From the NCBI GenBank assembly GCA_964385305.1, contig CAYLOP010000001.1, positions 4,073-68,072 of the forward strand: a DNA stretch of 64,000 nt, in the 5' to 3' direction. Positions 48,645-56,098 of this stretch are shown here, in pieces (position 1 is the stretch's first letter; each line of letters opens with the position of its first letter). Under the pieces are notes generated by a model that searched no databases, was not told where the DNA came from, and worked only from the letters and a program-made list of their open reading frames with translations. The position numbers and the translations under genes are program-made. Source of the DNA: an uncultured Anaerolineaceae bacterium (GTDB lineage Bacteria > Chloroflexota > Anaerolineae > Anaerolineales > E44-bin32).

Positions 48645-49848
48645 GCCGGGTGGCACCCGGCATCATGAGATCGCCCGCCACCTTGTGGCTCAAGGTCATA
48701 AGGTGACCGTGATCACGGGGCAGATGAGCTACTTGACCGGTGAACGCACCGCGAGCGGCTGGCTGCATAAAACCGTCGATGATGTCGGTGTGGAAATATG
48801 GCGATGCTACTCCTACCCTGCCTGGCATCGCTCCTTTTTTCATCGCTTACTGAGCTTTCTAAGCTTCATGTTCTCTGCATGTATCGCAGGGCTTCGTGTG
48901 CGCAACGTGGATCTGGTATGGGGCACCTCACCACCGCTGTTTCAGGGACTTGCCTCATGGGCGGTGGCAAGGTTCAGGGGAAGGAAGTTCTTGTTCGAGG
49001 TTCGTGATCTGTGGCCTTATTTTGCGGTAGCAGTCGATGTGTTGCGCCAGCCCATCCTGATATGGCTATCCGAGGGCTTGGAACGTTTCTTATATCGCCG
49101 CGCGGATCATGTGGTGGTAAATTCACCGGGTTACATCGACCATGTTTGTGCTCGAGGCGCACGTGCGGTCGAACTGGTGCCCAACGGTGTGGATGTGTCG
49201 ATGTTCGATCCTAGTGAGGAGGGTGTCGAGTTTCGGCAGATGCATGGCCTGGAGGGGAAATTTATTGCCCTTTATGCGGGCGCACATGGCATATCCAATG
49301 ATCTGGCTGTGCTATTAACGGCAGCAGAAAAACTATCCGACGTGGAGGATCTGGTCATTGTTTTCCTCGGTGATGGCAAGGAGAAAGCTGACTTAATGGA
49401 AAGCGCGGAAGAAGCGAGGATCGAGAACGTGCGCTTCCTTCCGCCACTCAGCAAAGCCGAAATGCCGAGAGCTTTGGCGGCTGCGGATCTCTGTATTGCC
49501 ATCTTGAAACCAATCGAAGCCTATAAGATGACCTATCCGAACAAAGTTTTCGACTACATGGCGGCTGGTCGGCCTGTGATCCTGGCCATTGATGGTGTTA
49601 TTCGAGAGGTTGTGGAGCGGGCGGGTGCGGGTCTCTTTGCGATGCCAGGAGATCCAGAGGCGATTGCAAGGGCTATTCGTCGTTTGAAAATGGACCCAGA
49701 GACCAGGTTGCGCATGGGCAAGTCTGGGCGTGATTTTGTCGAGCAGCATTTTGACCGGCCTGCATCCGCGAGAAAGATGCGACGGCTAATGGTGGGTATG
49801 GTGGGCGCGGATGAGTCTGTTAACCGGGGAATGCGCGCAGGCGAGTGA
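48601..49848 (+). CDS. Glycosyltransferase family 4, WbuB-like
   Basis: MHILLIHQAFAALDEPGGTRHHEIARHLVAQGHKVTVITG is the typical WbuB-type N-terminus. The C-terminus has YPNKVFDYMAAGRPVI. Overlaps the heparinase-like gene by 44 nt. Confidence 0.85.
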   Translation: MHILLIHQAFAALDEPGGTRHHEIARHLVAQGHKVTVITGQMSYLTGERTASGWLHKTVDDVGVEIWRCYSYPAWHRSFFHRLLSFLSFMFSACIAGLRVRNVDLVWGTSPPLFQGLASWAVARFRGRKFLFEVRDLWPYFAVAVDVLRQPILIWLSEGLERFLYRRADHVVVNSPGYIDHVCARGARAVELVPNGVDVSMFDPSEEGVEFRQMHGLEGKFIALYAGAHGISNDLAVLLTAAEKLSDVEDLVIVFLGDGKEKADLMESAEEARIENVRFLPPLSKAEMPRALAAADLCIAILKPIEAYKMTYPNKVFDYMAAGRPVILAIDGVIREVVERAGAGLFAMPGDPEAIARAIRRLKMDPETRLRMGKSGRDFVEQHFDRPASARKMRRLMVGMVGADESVNRGMRAGE

Positions 49849-49861
49849 TCTAAGGCATACG

Positions 49862-50488
49862 ATGAAGCTGTTCCCTGAAGGAATCCCACGCCTGAAACGC
49901 ACCTTCGACCTCTTGCTGGCAGTTCCAGGCATCCTTTTAATTAGTCCTCTGATGGGCGCGATCGCGCTTGTCATTCGATTTGCCATGGGACGCCCTGTGC
50001 TTTTCCGTCAAACCCGCCCCGGATATCGTGGCGAGCCATTCGTTGTCTATAAATTCCGAACGATGGCGGAAGCCCGTGATGCGGAAGGGAATCTTCTTCC
50101 CGACGAGGTACGGCTAACACGCTTGGGCCGGTTCTTACGGTCTTTTAGTCTTGATGAGTTGCCCGAATTGATCAATGTTGTGCGTGGTGAGATGAGCCTC
50201 GTGGGTCCCCGCCCCCTTCTCATGCAATATATTGAGCGTTACACGCCAGAACAGGCCAGGCGACATGATGTCTTACCAGGGATGACCGGCTGGGCGCAAG
50301 TTCGCGGACGCAATGTGTTACGTTGGGAGGATCGTTTTCAGCTAGACGTGTGGTATGTGGACCATTGGTCACCTTGGTTGGACATTAAAATTCTACTCCT
50401 TACGCTGTGGAAAGTGATCAAGCGGGAGGGGATCAGCCAGCCAGGACATGCGACCATGGGTGAGTTTCAGGGGTATCCAGACCTATAG
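49862..50488 (+). CDS. Small monotopic phosphoglycosyl transferase (bacterial sugar transferase, PglC/WbaP-C-terminal type)
   Basis: KRTFDLLLAVPGILLISPLM re-entrant helix, GRPVLFRQTRPGYRGEPFVVYKFRTM, DELPELINVVRGEMSLVGPRP. Start taken at MKLFPEG; the ORF opens at 49811. Confidence 0.9.
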   Translation: MKLFPEGIPRLKRTFDLLLAVPGILLISPLMGAIALVIRFAMGRPVLFRQTRPGYRGEPFVVYKFRTMAEARDAEGNLLPDEVRLTRLGRFLRSFSLDELPELINVVRGEMSLVGPRPLLMQYIERYTPEQARRHDVLPGMTGWAQVRGRNVLRWEDRFQLDVWYVDHWSPWLDIKILLLTLWKVIKREGISQPGHATMGEFQGYPDL

Positions 50489-50619
50489 ATATTATCTATA
50501 GGCAAGGTGGTTTGAGCTTAGAAAAAAGCTATTTATTGCACTTGCGCCCTTGGGAAAAGGGCAGTAGGATGGGCGCATAGGGAAATAAAACTAGATAGCA
50601 TGCTAAAAGGAGGGTTATC

Positions 50620-50808
50620 GTGAAAGAGGCATTGGAGTTCTATGATGTGAAGTCACGCTCCAAATTTACGGCTACAGACTGGCGAATTGAAACGAAAGTG
50701 GCAAAGGGCCGGACACGATACTTTGCCGTCACAAAAGCTCCAGCTGGCACTCATGAGGCATGGCGCATTGTAAGCGCTGATTTTGCGAAGGCGAATCTTC
50801 ACCTTTGA
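50620..50808 (+). CDS. Small (62 aa) basic protein of unknown function
   Basis: The GTG at 50620 is preceded by a strong RBS AAAGGAGGG. A hairpin follows the stop. I cannot assign a catalytic motif. Confidence 0.55.
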   Translation: MKEALEFYDVKSRSKFTATDWRIETKVAKGRTRYFAVTKAPAGTHEAWRIVSADFAKANLHL

Positions 50809-50832
50809 TCCAAGCTTCATGCGAAAATCGAA

Positions 50833-50869
50833 TACAACGAGCCGTTCCCCAGAGAATTGGCTCGTTGTA
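50833..50869 (+). terminator. Hairpin (possible terminator/attenuator) after the small ORF
   Basis: 11-bp perfect stem TACAACGAGCC (50833-50843) / GGCTCGTTGTA (50859-50869) with a 15-nt loop. The 3' tail CTTCATATA is only weakly U-rich. Confidence 0.35.
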
Positions 50870-50960
50870 CTTCATATACCAACTTCGTTTCAGGTGGTGG
50901 TATCATTTCCCTGTCCCTTTTAATTTTGGCTTCTTGTGAGTCAATTGAGGCCGACCAACG

Positions 50961-51887
50961 ATGTTTTTTGACACCACCCCTTCAGGTTTTTATCATCAAA
51001 TGCTCCGCATTCGCCGATTTGAGGAAACGGTGCTCGATCGCTTCCCGCGCGGTTTGTTTTATGGAACAACACATACCTATATCGGTCAGGAAGCGAATGC
51101 TGTAGGTGTCCTGTCATGGCTGGAAGAGGGCGACGTCGTGGTTAGCAACCACCGCTGCCACGGTCACTTCTTGGCGTATGGGGGCTCTATGCATGCCCTT
51201 GCGGCGGAATTAATGGGGCGTGCGACGGGCGTTTGCGGTGGACGTGGGGGGAGCCAGCATCTCAAATGGAAGAATTTCTACGCCAACGGCATCTTAGGCG
51301 GAACGGTCCCTCTCGCGGTTGGTATGGCGTTTGCGGAAGTCATAATCGGCAGTGGTCAGGTTGTCTTCTTATTTATCGGCGATGGCACATTGGGTCAGGG
51401 TGTGGTTTATGAGAGCCTTAACATGGCCTCTCTTTGGCATCTGCCCCTGGTTATCACGCTAGAAAACAACCGTTACGCGCAGAGTACACCCATCCATCTG
51501 AATCTAGCCGGGGATATCGAGGCCCGTTTCAGGGCGTTTGACTTACCCGCCGTGGCGCTTGAAGCCAGCGATGTCAACTTGGTCCGTGAGGCGGCAGAGG
51601 ATGTTATCGGGAACGTTCGCGAGGACGGTGGGCCTCAGGCGATTGTATTGCACACTTATCGCTTCGCCCCGCATTCCAAGGGCGATGACACCCGCGACCC
51701 GCAGGAGATCGCGCACTTTCGTGCCGAGGATCCTCTCCTGAAGCAAGCGGAAGCCCTCCACCCTGCAGATCGTGAGCGAATTGAGCATGAAACCGAGGCC
51801 GAGGTAAATGAAGCGTTTCGTTTGGCCGAAGCCGATCCCCTTGCCGATCCAGCGGCTCTAGCCCCAGCTTTGGGATTCAAACCATGA
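50961..51887 (+). CDS. ThDP-dependent 2-oxoacid dehydrogenase E1 component, alpha subunit
   Basis: RIRRFEE, YIGQEA, and the ThDP motif GDGTLGQGVVYESLNMASLWHLPLVITLENNRYA. Confidence 0.9.
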   Translation: MFFDTTPSGFYHQMLRIRRFEETVLDRFPRGLFYGTTHTYIGQEANAVGVLSWLEEGDVVVSNHRCHGHFLAYGGSMHALAAELMGRATGVCGGRGGSQHLKWKNFYANGILGGTVPLAVGMAFAEVIIGSGQVVFLFIGDGTLGQGVVYESLNMASLWHLPLVITLENNRYAQSTPIHLNLAGDIEARFRAFDLPAVALEASDVNLVREAAEDVIGNVREDGGPQAIVLHTYRFAPHSKGDDTRDPQEIAHFRAEDPLLKQAEALHPADRERIEHETEAEVNEAFRLAEADPLADPAALAPALGFKP

Positions 51888-52885
51888 TAACGGTACTCGA
51901 AGCGCTGAACGGAGCGCTCAGGGAGGCGCTAATACAATCGGAGCACGTGTTTTTCTTGGGGGAAGATGTGCTCGATCCCTATGGTGGGGCCTTTAAAGTT
52001 GCGCAAGGGCTTTCAACCGAATTCCCAGAACGAGTGATCACAACCCCGGTTTCTGAGGCTGGGATCGTTGGCGTGGGCGTGGGGATGGCGATGCGCGGCC
52101 TGCGGCCAGTCGTGGAGATCATGTTTGGGGATTTCGTGATGCTTGCCGCGGATCAACTGATCAACCATGCTGCCAAACTCCACTGGATAGGAGGGGACCA
52201 AGCTGCGGTCCCTCTTGTCGTACGCACACCAATGGGCGGCCGGCGGGGCTATGGCCCAACCCACAGCCAATCCCTCGAAAAACATTTCCTTGGAACTCCG
52301 GGCTTACGCGTCGTGGCTGTCTCAGCCCTTGACGATCCAGGTGCATTGCTGCGCAGAGCGATCCTGGATGATGACGCCCCAGTGCTCTTCATCGAGCATA
52401 AGCTACTCTACACGAGCCCCGTACACACGTTGGACGAAACGGATGCGTTTCAAGTGCGTCGCACCGGAAATGGATATCCCTGCTATCATCTTACCCTGGC
52501 TGGCGCGCCGACCCCCGTCCTGACCTTTGCAGCCTATGGATACATGGCTGAACTGGTGATGCAGGCTGTCTATCGTCTGGCATATGAATATGAAGTCTTT
52601 ACCGAATTGATCGTGCCCACCCAGCTGAGCCCGTTCGATCTCGATCTCCTGATCGAGAAAGTCTCACGATCGAGGCGTTTGGTGGCTGTGGAAGAGGGCT
52701 CATACTTATGGGGGTGGGGCGCTGAGGTCTTGGCGCAGGCGACGGAAGCAATTGGGGCAGGATTATCTGCTCGAAGGGTGGCTGCGAAAGATTTACCCAT
52801 TCCTGCTGCCGGCTCCTTGGAAGCTGCGGTATTACCAGGCGTGGAGGATATCATTCGAGTGGCACGAGAGATGGTCCATGCTTGA
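51884..52885 (+). CDS. 2-oxoacid dehydrogenase E1 component, beta subunit (transketolase-like)
   Basis: FLGEDV..YGGAFKVAQGL, TPVSEAGIVG, GPTHSQSLE. The ATG overlaps the alpha-subunit stop (ATGA, 4 nt). Confidence 0.9.
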   Translation: MITVLEALNGALREALIQSEHVFFLGEDVLDPYGGAFKVAQGLSTEFPERVITTPVSEAGIVGVGVGMAMRGLRPVVEIMFGDFVMLAADQLINHAAKLHWIGGDQAAVPLVVRTPMGGRRGYGPTHSQSLEKHFLGTPGLRVVAVSALDDPGALLRRAILDDDAPVLFIEHKLLYTSPVHTLDETDAFQVRRTGNGYPCYHLTLAGAPTPVLTFAAYGYMAELVMQAVYRLAYEYEVFTELIVPTQLSPFDLDLLIEKVSRSRRLVAVEEGSYLWGWGAEVLAQATEAIGAGLSARRVAAKDLPIPAAGSLEAAVLPGVEDIIRVAREMVHA

Positions 52886-52939
52886 TTTATCGCGAGCGGC
52901 CTACTGCCTAACATGGAACCACGGAAGTGAGGTCTCCTC

Positions 52940-54046
52940 ATGACACATCCATTTGAGGTGCACATTCCGTTATTGAACCCGAATGAGCCTTACGCACAGC
53001 TTTCGATATTGAACATCGCTGAAGGGCAGAAGGTTTCGGAAGGGGATCTCCTCGCCGTCTTGGAAACAACCAAGGCCTCCGCCGAACTGCTTGCTGAGCG
53101 CGCAGGCTACATAGCGGGTCTGCGTGCAACTGCGGGAGATGTCTTGCAAGCGGGCGAGCGGCTTTGTTGGCTGGCGGACGAACCAGACTGGCAACCGCCT
53201 GAGGAGGCGCAGATTGAGGAGATCGCCTTACCGAAAGAACTCCGCATTACTGAACCAGCTTTGGCGCTCGCACGTCAGGCAGGCTTGGATCTCGAATCCC
53301 TCACCATAGGTCCAATCATCACCGAAGCCGTTATCCGAGGGAAGCTGGAAGGTGTTCCTGGTCCATCGTTGGAAGATGCTGAGAGGTCGGATCACGAGCG
53401 TTCAATCGTGGTCTATGGAGGAGGCGGGCACGGCAAGTCCCTGATCGATCTTATCCGTGTTCTTGGAGTTTACGACCTGATTGGGGTGATTGATGATGGC
53501 ATGGCGGTAGGAACCCAGGTGATGGGTTTGGCGGTGCTGGGCGGCGGAGATGAACTCCCTGGGCTTGTGGCGCGTGGGGTCAGCATGGCGGCAAACGCCG
53601 TCGGCGGCGTGGGGGATATCATGAGCCGAGTGAGGATCTTTCAAAAGATCCTCTCAGCAAATTTAACCTGTCCTACGCTGATTCATCCATCTGCTGTGTT
53701 GGAGGCCAGTGCAAAATTCGCGGACGGTGTGCAGGTCTTTCCGCATGCCTACGTGGGCAGTGAGAGTGTGATCGGTTTCGGCGCTATTGTGAATACGTCG
53801 GCGGTTGTTTCTCATGATTGCACTTTGGGGGCGTATGCCAATGTCGCTCCTGGCGCACTCCTTGCGGGAGGCGTGTCGATTGGCGAGAGTGTTTTAATCG
53901 GAATGGGCGTAACCGTCAACCTGGGTGTGCATATTGGAGCTGGCGCGCGCATCGGGAACAGCGCAGTGATCAAACAGAATGTGCCGCCCGGGGTTATCGT
54001 GCGGGCTGGCTCGATTTGGCCGCCTCACTCGCCATCTCAAACGTGA
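52940..54046 (+). CDS. Fusion: lipoyl-attachment domain + peripheral-subunit-binding-like domain + PglD/NeuD-type hexapeptide N-acyltransferase
   Basis: Residues 1-78 form a lipoyl/biotinyl-type hybrid barrel (GDLLAVLETTKASAELLAERAGYI, Lys45 codon at 53072-53074). Residues ~98-135 are PSBD-like (LRITEPALALARQAGLDLESLTIGPIITEAVI). Residues ~155-368 carry a PglD/NeuD N-domain (IVVYGGGGHGKSLIDLI...IGVIDD). They continue into hexapeptide repeats with the candidate catalytic His in VVSHDC (His292, 53813-53815). There is no E2 catalytic-core motif (DHRxxDG). Confidence 0.85.
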   Translation: MTHPFEVHIPLLNPNEPYAQLSILNIAEGQKVSEGDLLAVLETTKASAELLAERAGYIAGLRATAGDVLQAGERLCWLADEPDWQPPEEAQIEEIALPKELRITEPALALARQAGLDLESLTIGPIITEAVIRGKLEGVPGPSLEDAERSDHERSIVVYGGGGHGKSLIDLIRVLGVYDLIGVIDDGMAVGTQVMGLAVLGGGDELPGLVARGVSMAANAVGGVGDIMSRVRIFQKILSANLTCPTLIHPSAVLEASAKFADGVQVFPHAYVGSESVIGFGAIVNTSAVVSHDCTLGAYANVAPGALLAGGVSIGESVLIGMGVTVNLGVHIGAGARIGNSAVIKQNVPPGVIVRAGSIWPPHSPSQT

Positions 54047-54075
54047 GCGCGTCAAATCAGAATGAGGAGCGAATC

Positions 54076-55272
54076 TTGAGCAAGCGAACCACACCTCCTT
54101 CCATACCCATGTCCTCACCAGACCTGACCGACAAAGAGCGCGAGGCGGTGGCAGAGGTCTTGCGTACGCCTCGCTTGAGCATGGGACCCAACGTCAGCGA
54201 TTTTGAAGAAGCTGTTGCGGAACGCGCGGGGGCAAAATACGCCATTGCGGTGAACTCGGGGACATCTGGGCTGCATCTCTGCGTTCGGGCTGCGGGCATC
54301 TCCGACGGAGATTGGGTAATTACAACGCCGTTCTCATTCATCTCCTCTGCCAATGTTCTGCTTTATGAGCGTGCAGTGCCTATTTTCGTCGATGTTGACC
54401 CAATGACGGGTAACATCGACCCCGCACTCGTCGCCCAAGCAGCGGCGGATTTGGCGCAAGGTGGCAAGGCAGCCGCAGCCTGGTTGCCCCGCAAGGGAGT
54501 GCTCGCCGGCGGCGCATTGAAGGCGATCCTGACTGTCGATGTTTTTGGACAGCCGGTGGATTACGACCCCATCATGGGAGTTGCTGAAGCGTATCAACTC
54601 TCGGTTGTCGAGGATTCCTGCGAAGCACTTGGGGCAACCTACAGGGGCAGACCGGCAGGGACGTTGGGTGATGTTGGCGTGTTTGCCTTCTACCCCAACA
54701 AACAGATCACCACTGGCGAAGGCGGTGTGGTGGTCACCAATGACGACGCATGGGGCGAGCACATTCGGGCGATGTGCAACCAGGGCCGCATGCCAGGCGA
54801 TCTATGGCTCGACCATACGCTGCTCGGATACAACTATCGCTTGGATGAAATGAGCGCGGCGCTGGGGCGAATTCAAATGACACGCTTGGACGAGCTCCTG
54901 GCAAATCGCGCGCGTGTCGCAGCGTGGTATGCGGAGAGAATTCCGGAGATCCCTGGTATCGAGTTGCCAGTCATCGCTCCGGAAACCACCCACATGAGTT
55001 GGTTTATCTACGTTGTCCGGCTGGATGCCAGGTATGATCGCAATAAGGTTCTTGTTGCCCTGGCTGATCGAGGGATACCGACTCGTCCATATTTCAATCC
55101 CATTCATCTCCAGCGACCCTTTGTAGAGCGTTTTGGCTACCAAGCAGGAGATTTTCCCATCACAGAGGATCTGGGAAGGCGCAGCCTTGCCTTGCCCTTC
55201 TCAGGTGTGATGCAAGAGGATCAGGTAGAGCGAGTCTGTCAGAGTTTGCGCGAGGTATTGTCTCAAACTTGA
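54076..55272 (+). CDS. DegT/DnrJ/EryC1/StrS-family nucleotide-sugar aminotransferase
   Basis: IPMSSPDLTDKEREAV N-terminus, AVNSGTSGLHL, DVFGQP, PLP-Lys context FYPNKQITTGEGG, GYNYRLDEMSAALG. The TTG at 54076 is preceded by GAGGAG; the ATG at 54109 is an alternative; the ORF opens at 53818. Confidence 0.9.
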   Translation: MSKRTTPPSIPMSSPDLTDKEREAVAEVLRTPRLSMGPNVSDFEEAVAERAGAKYAIAVNSGTSGLHLCVRAAGISDGDWVITTPFSFISSANVLLYERAVPIFVDVDPMTGNIDPALVAQAAADLAQGGKAAAAWLPRKGVLAGGALKAILTVDVFGQPVDYDPIMGVAEAYQLSVVEDSCEALGATYRGRPAGTLGDVGVFAFYPNKQITTGEGGVVVTNDDAWGEHIRAMCNQGRMPGDLWLDHTLLGYNYRLDEMSAALGRIQMTRLDELLANRARVAAWYAERIPEIPGIELPVIAPETTHMSWFIYVVRLDARYDRNKVLVALADRGIPTRPYFNPIHLQRPFVERFGYQAGDFPITEDLGRRSLALPFSGVMQEDQVERVCQSLREVLSQT

Positions 55273-55303
55273 ATGTAGTTTGCGGATCTTAAGGGGTCAT
55301 AGC

Positions 55304-55341
55304 AAAAGCCTCCCGTCTACATTCCCCGGCGGGAGGCTTTT
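55304..55341. terminator. Bidirectional intrinsic terminator between convergent genes
   Basis: AAAAGCCTCCCG (55304-55315) pairs with CGGGAGGCTTTT (55330-55341) across a 14-nt loop. An A-tract lies 5' and a T-tract 3', so it can act on both strands. Confidence 0.7.
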
Positions 55342-55362
55342 TATTGCTTCACAGCGATAACG

Positions 55363-56097
55363 TCAGCGTATTTGGCGCCAATTGACCATGACCAGGTTTT
55401 CCGAACAACTCTCCGATGTGTCAAGGTAGATCTTTTCCGAGAGTGCCGTGCCACCGCCATCGTCAACCTGGATCCATAGTGTGCCTTCACTGGCGATGGG
55501 ATGATCAGCGACATTGAAGAGATATCCGCCTGGCCCGACGTCGGGTGCGCTGCCTGTGATGGCCCAAAGGTCGATTTCTCCCACCCCTTCCAGTTCCCCA
55601 ACTAGATGTACGCTTAGATTCAAGATTGGGGCATTCTCAAGATCGAAGACTTGACCAAATACACCCATCCACTTGCATTCCGCATCATTGACGAAGTTCT
55701 GAATGCGAGCCGGACTTCCAACCTGTAGAGCAAATGGTGGGGCAATTTCTGGTGTGGGAGTATCGATGATCGGGACCGGTGTATCCGTAGGTTGCGGAGT
55801 AGCGGTCGGTGCTGGTGTGTACGACGGCGTGGGTGTCCAAGTTGGCGGCAAAGCCAATGCAGGGGTGTTCGATGGTGTTGGGGACCCAAGGGTTGCGGGT
55901 ATAGTGGGCGGTGGATAAGGATTGATGCTGATATTGGGATTGATAAAAACTGCGAGGAACGCTCCTACCAAACAAAGTGTAGCTAAGAGTACGAAAAGCG
56001 TGAGGATATTGAGCGCTGACTTGCCTACGCCTCCTACGCTTCTCAAAGGTCGCCTTTCGAATTCCTCGTCCATTATTATTGCCTCCTGATCCCGCAT
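55363..56097 (-). CDS. Membrane-anchored extracytoplasmic protein with Pro/Thr-rich linker, unknown function
   Basis: One TM helix (ILTLFVLLATLCLVGAFLAVF), about 70 aa of P/T-rich linker, and a ~130-aa C-terminal domain with no motif I recognise. The start lies 1 nt after the stop of the upstream PPIase gene. Confidence 0.55.
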   Translation of the reverse strand: MRDQEAIIMDEEFERRPLRSVGGVGKSALNILTLFVLLATLCLVGAFLAVFINPNISINPYPPPTIPATLGSPTPSNTPALALPPTWTPTPSYTPAPTATPQPTDTPVPIIDTPTPEIAPPFALQVGSPARIQNFVNDAECKWMGVFGQVFDLENAPILNLSVHLVGELEGVGEIDLWAITGSAPDVGPGGYLFNVADHPIASEGTLWIQVDDGGGTALSEKIYLDTSESCSENLVMVNWRQIR

Positions 56098-56098
56098 G

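Noticed and set aside
50961-52885. Reading the E1-alpha/E1-beta genes as an ordinary pyruvate/acetoin/branched-chain dehydrogenase operon
   Set aside because: This is not fully excluded, but it is disfavoured. The E2-position gene lacks the catalytic core and carries a sugar N-acyltransferase instead. No E3 follows, and the neighbours are glycan-assembly genes.
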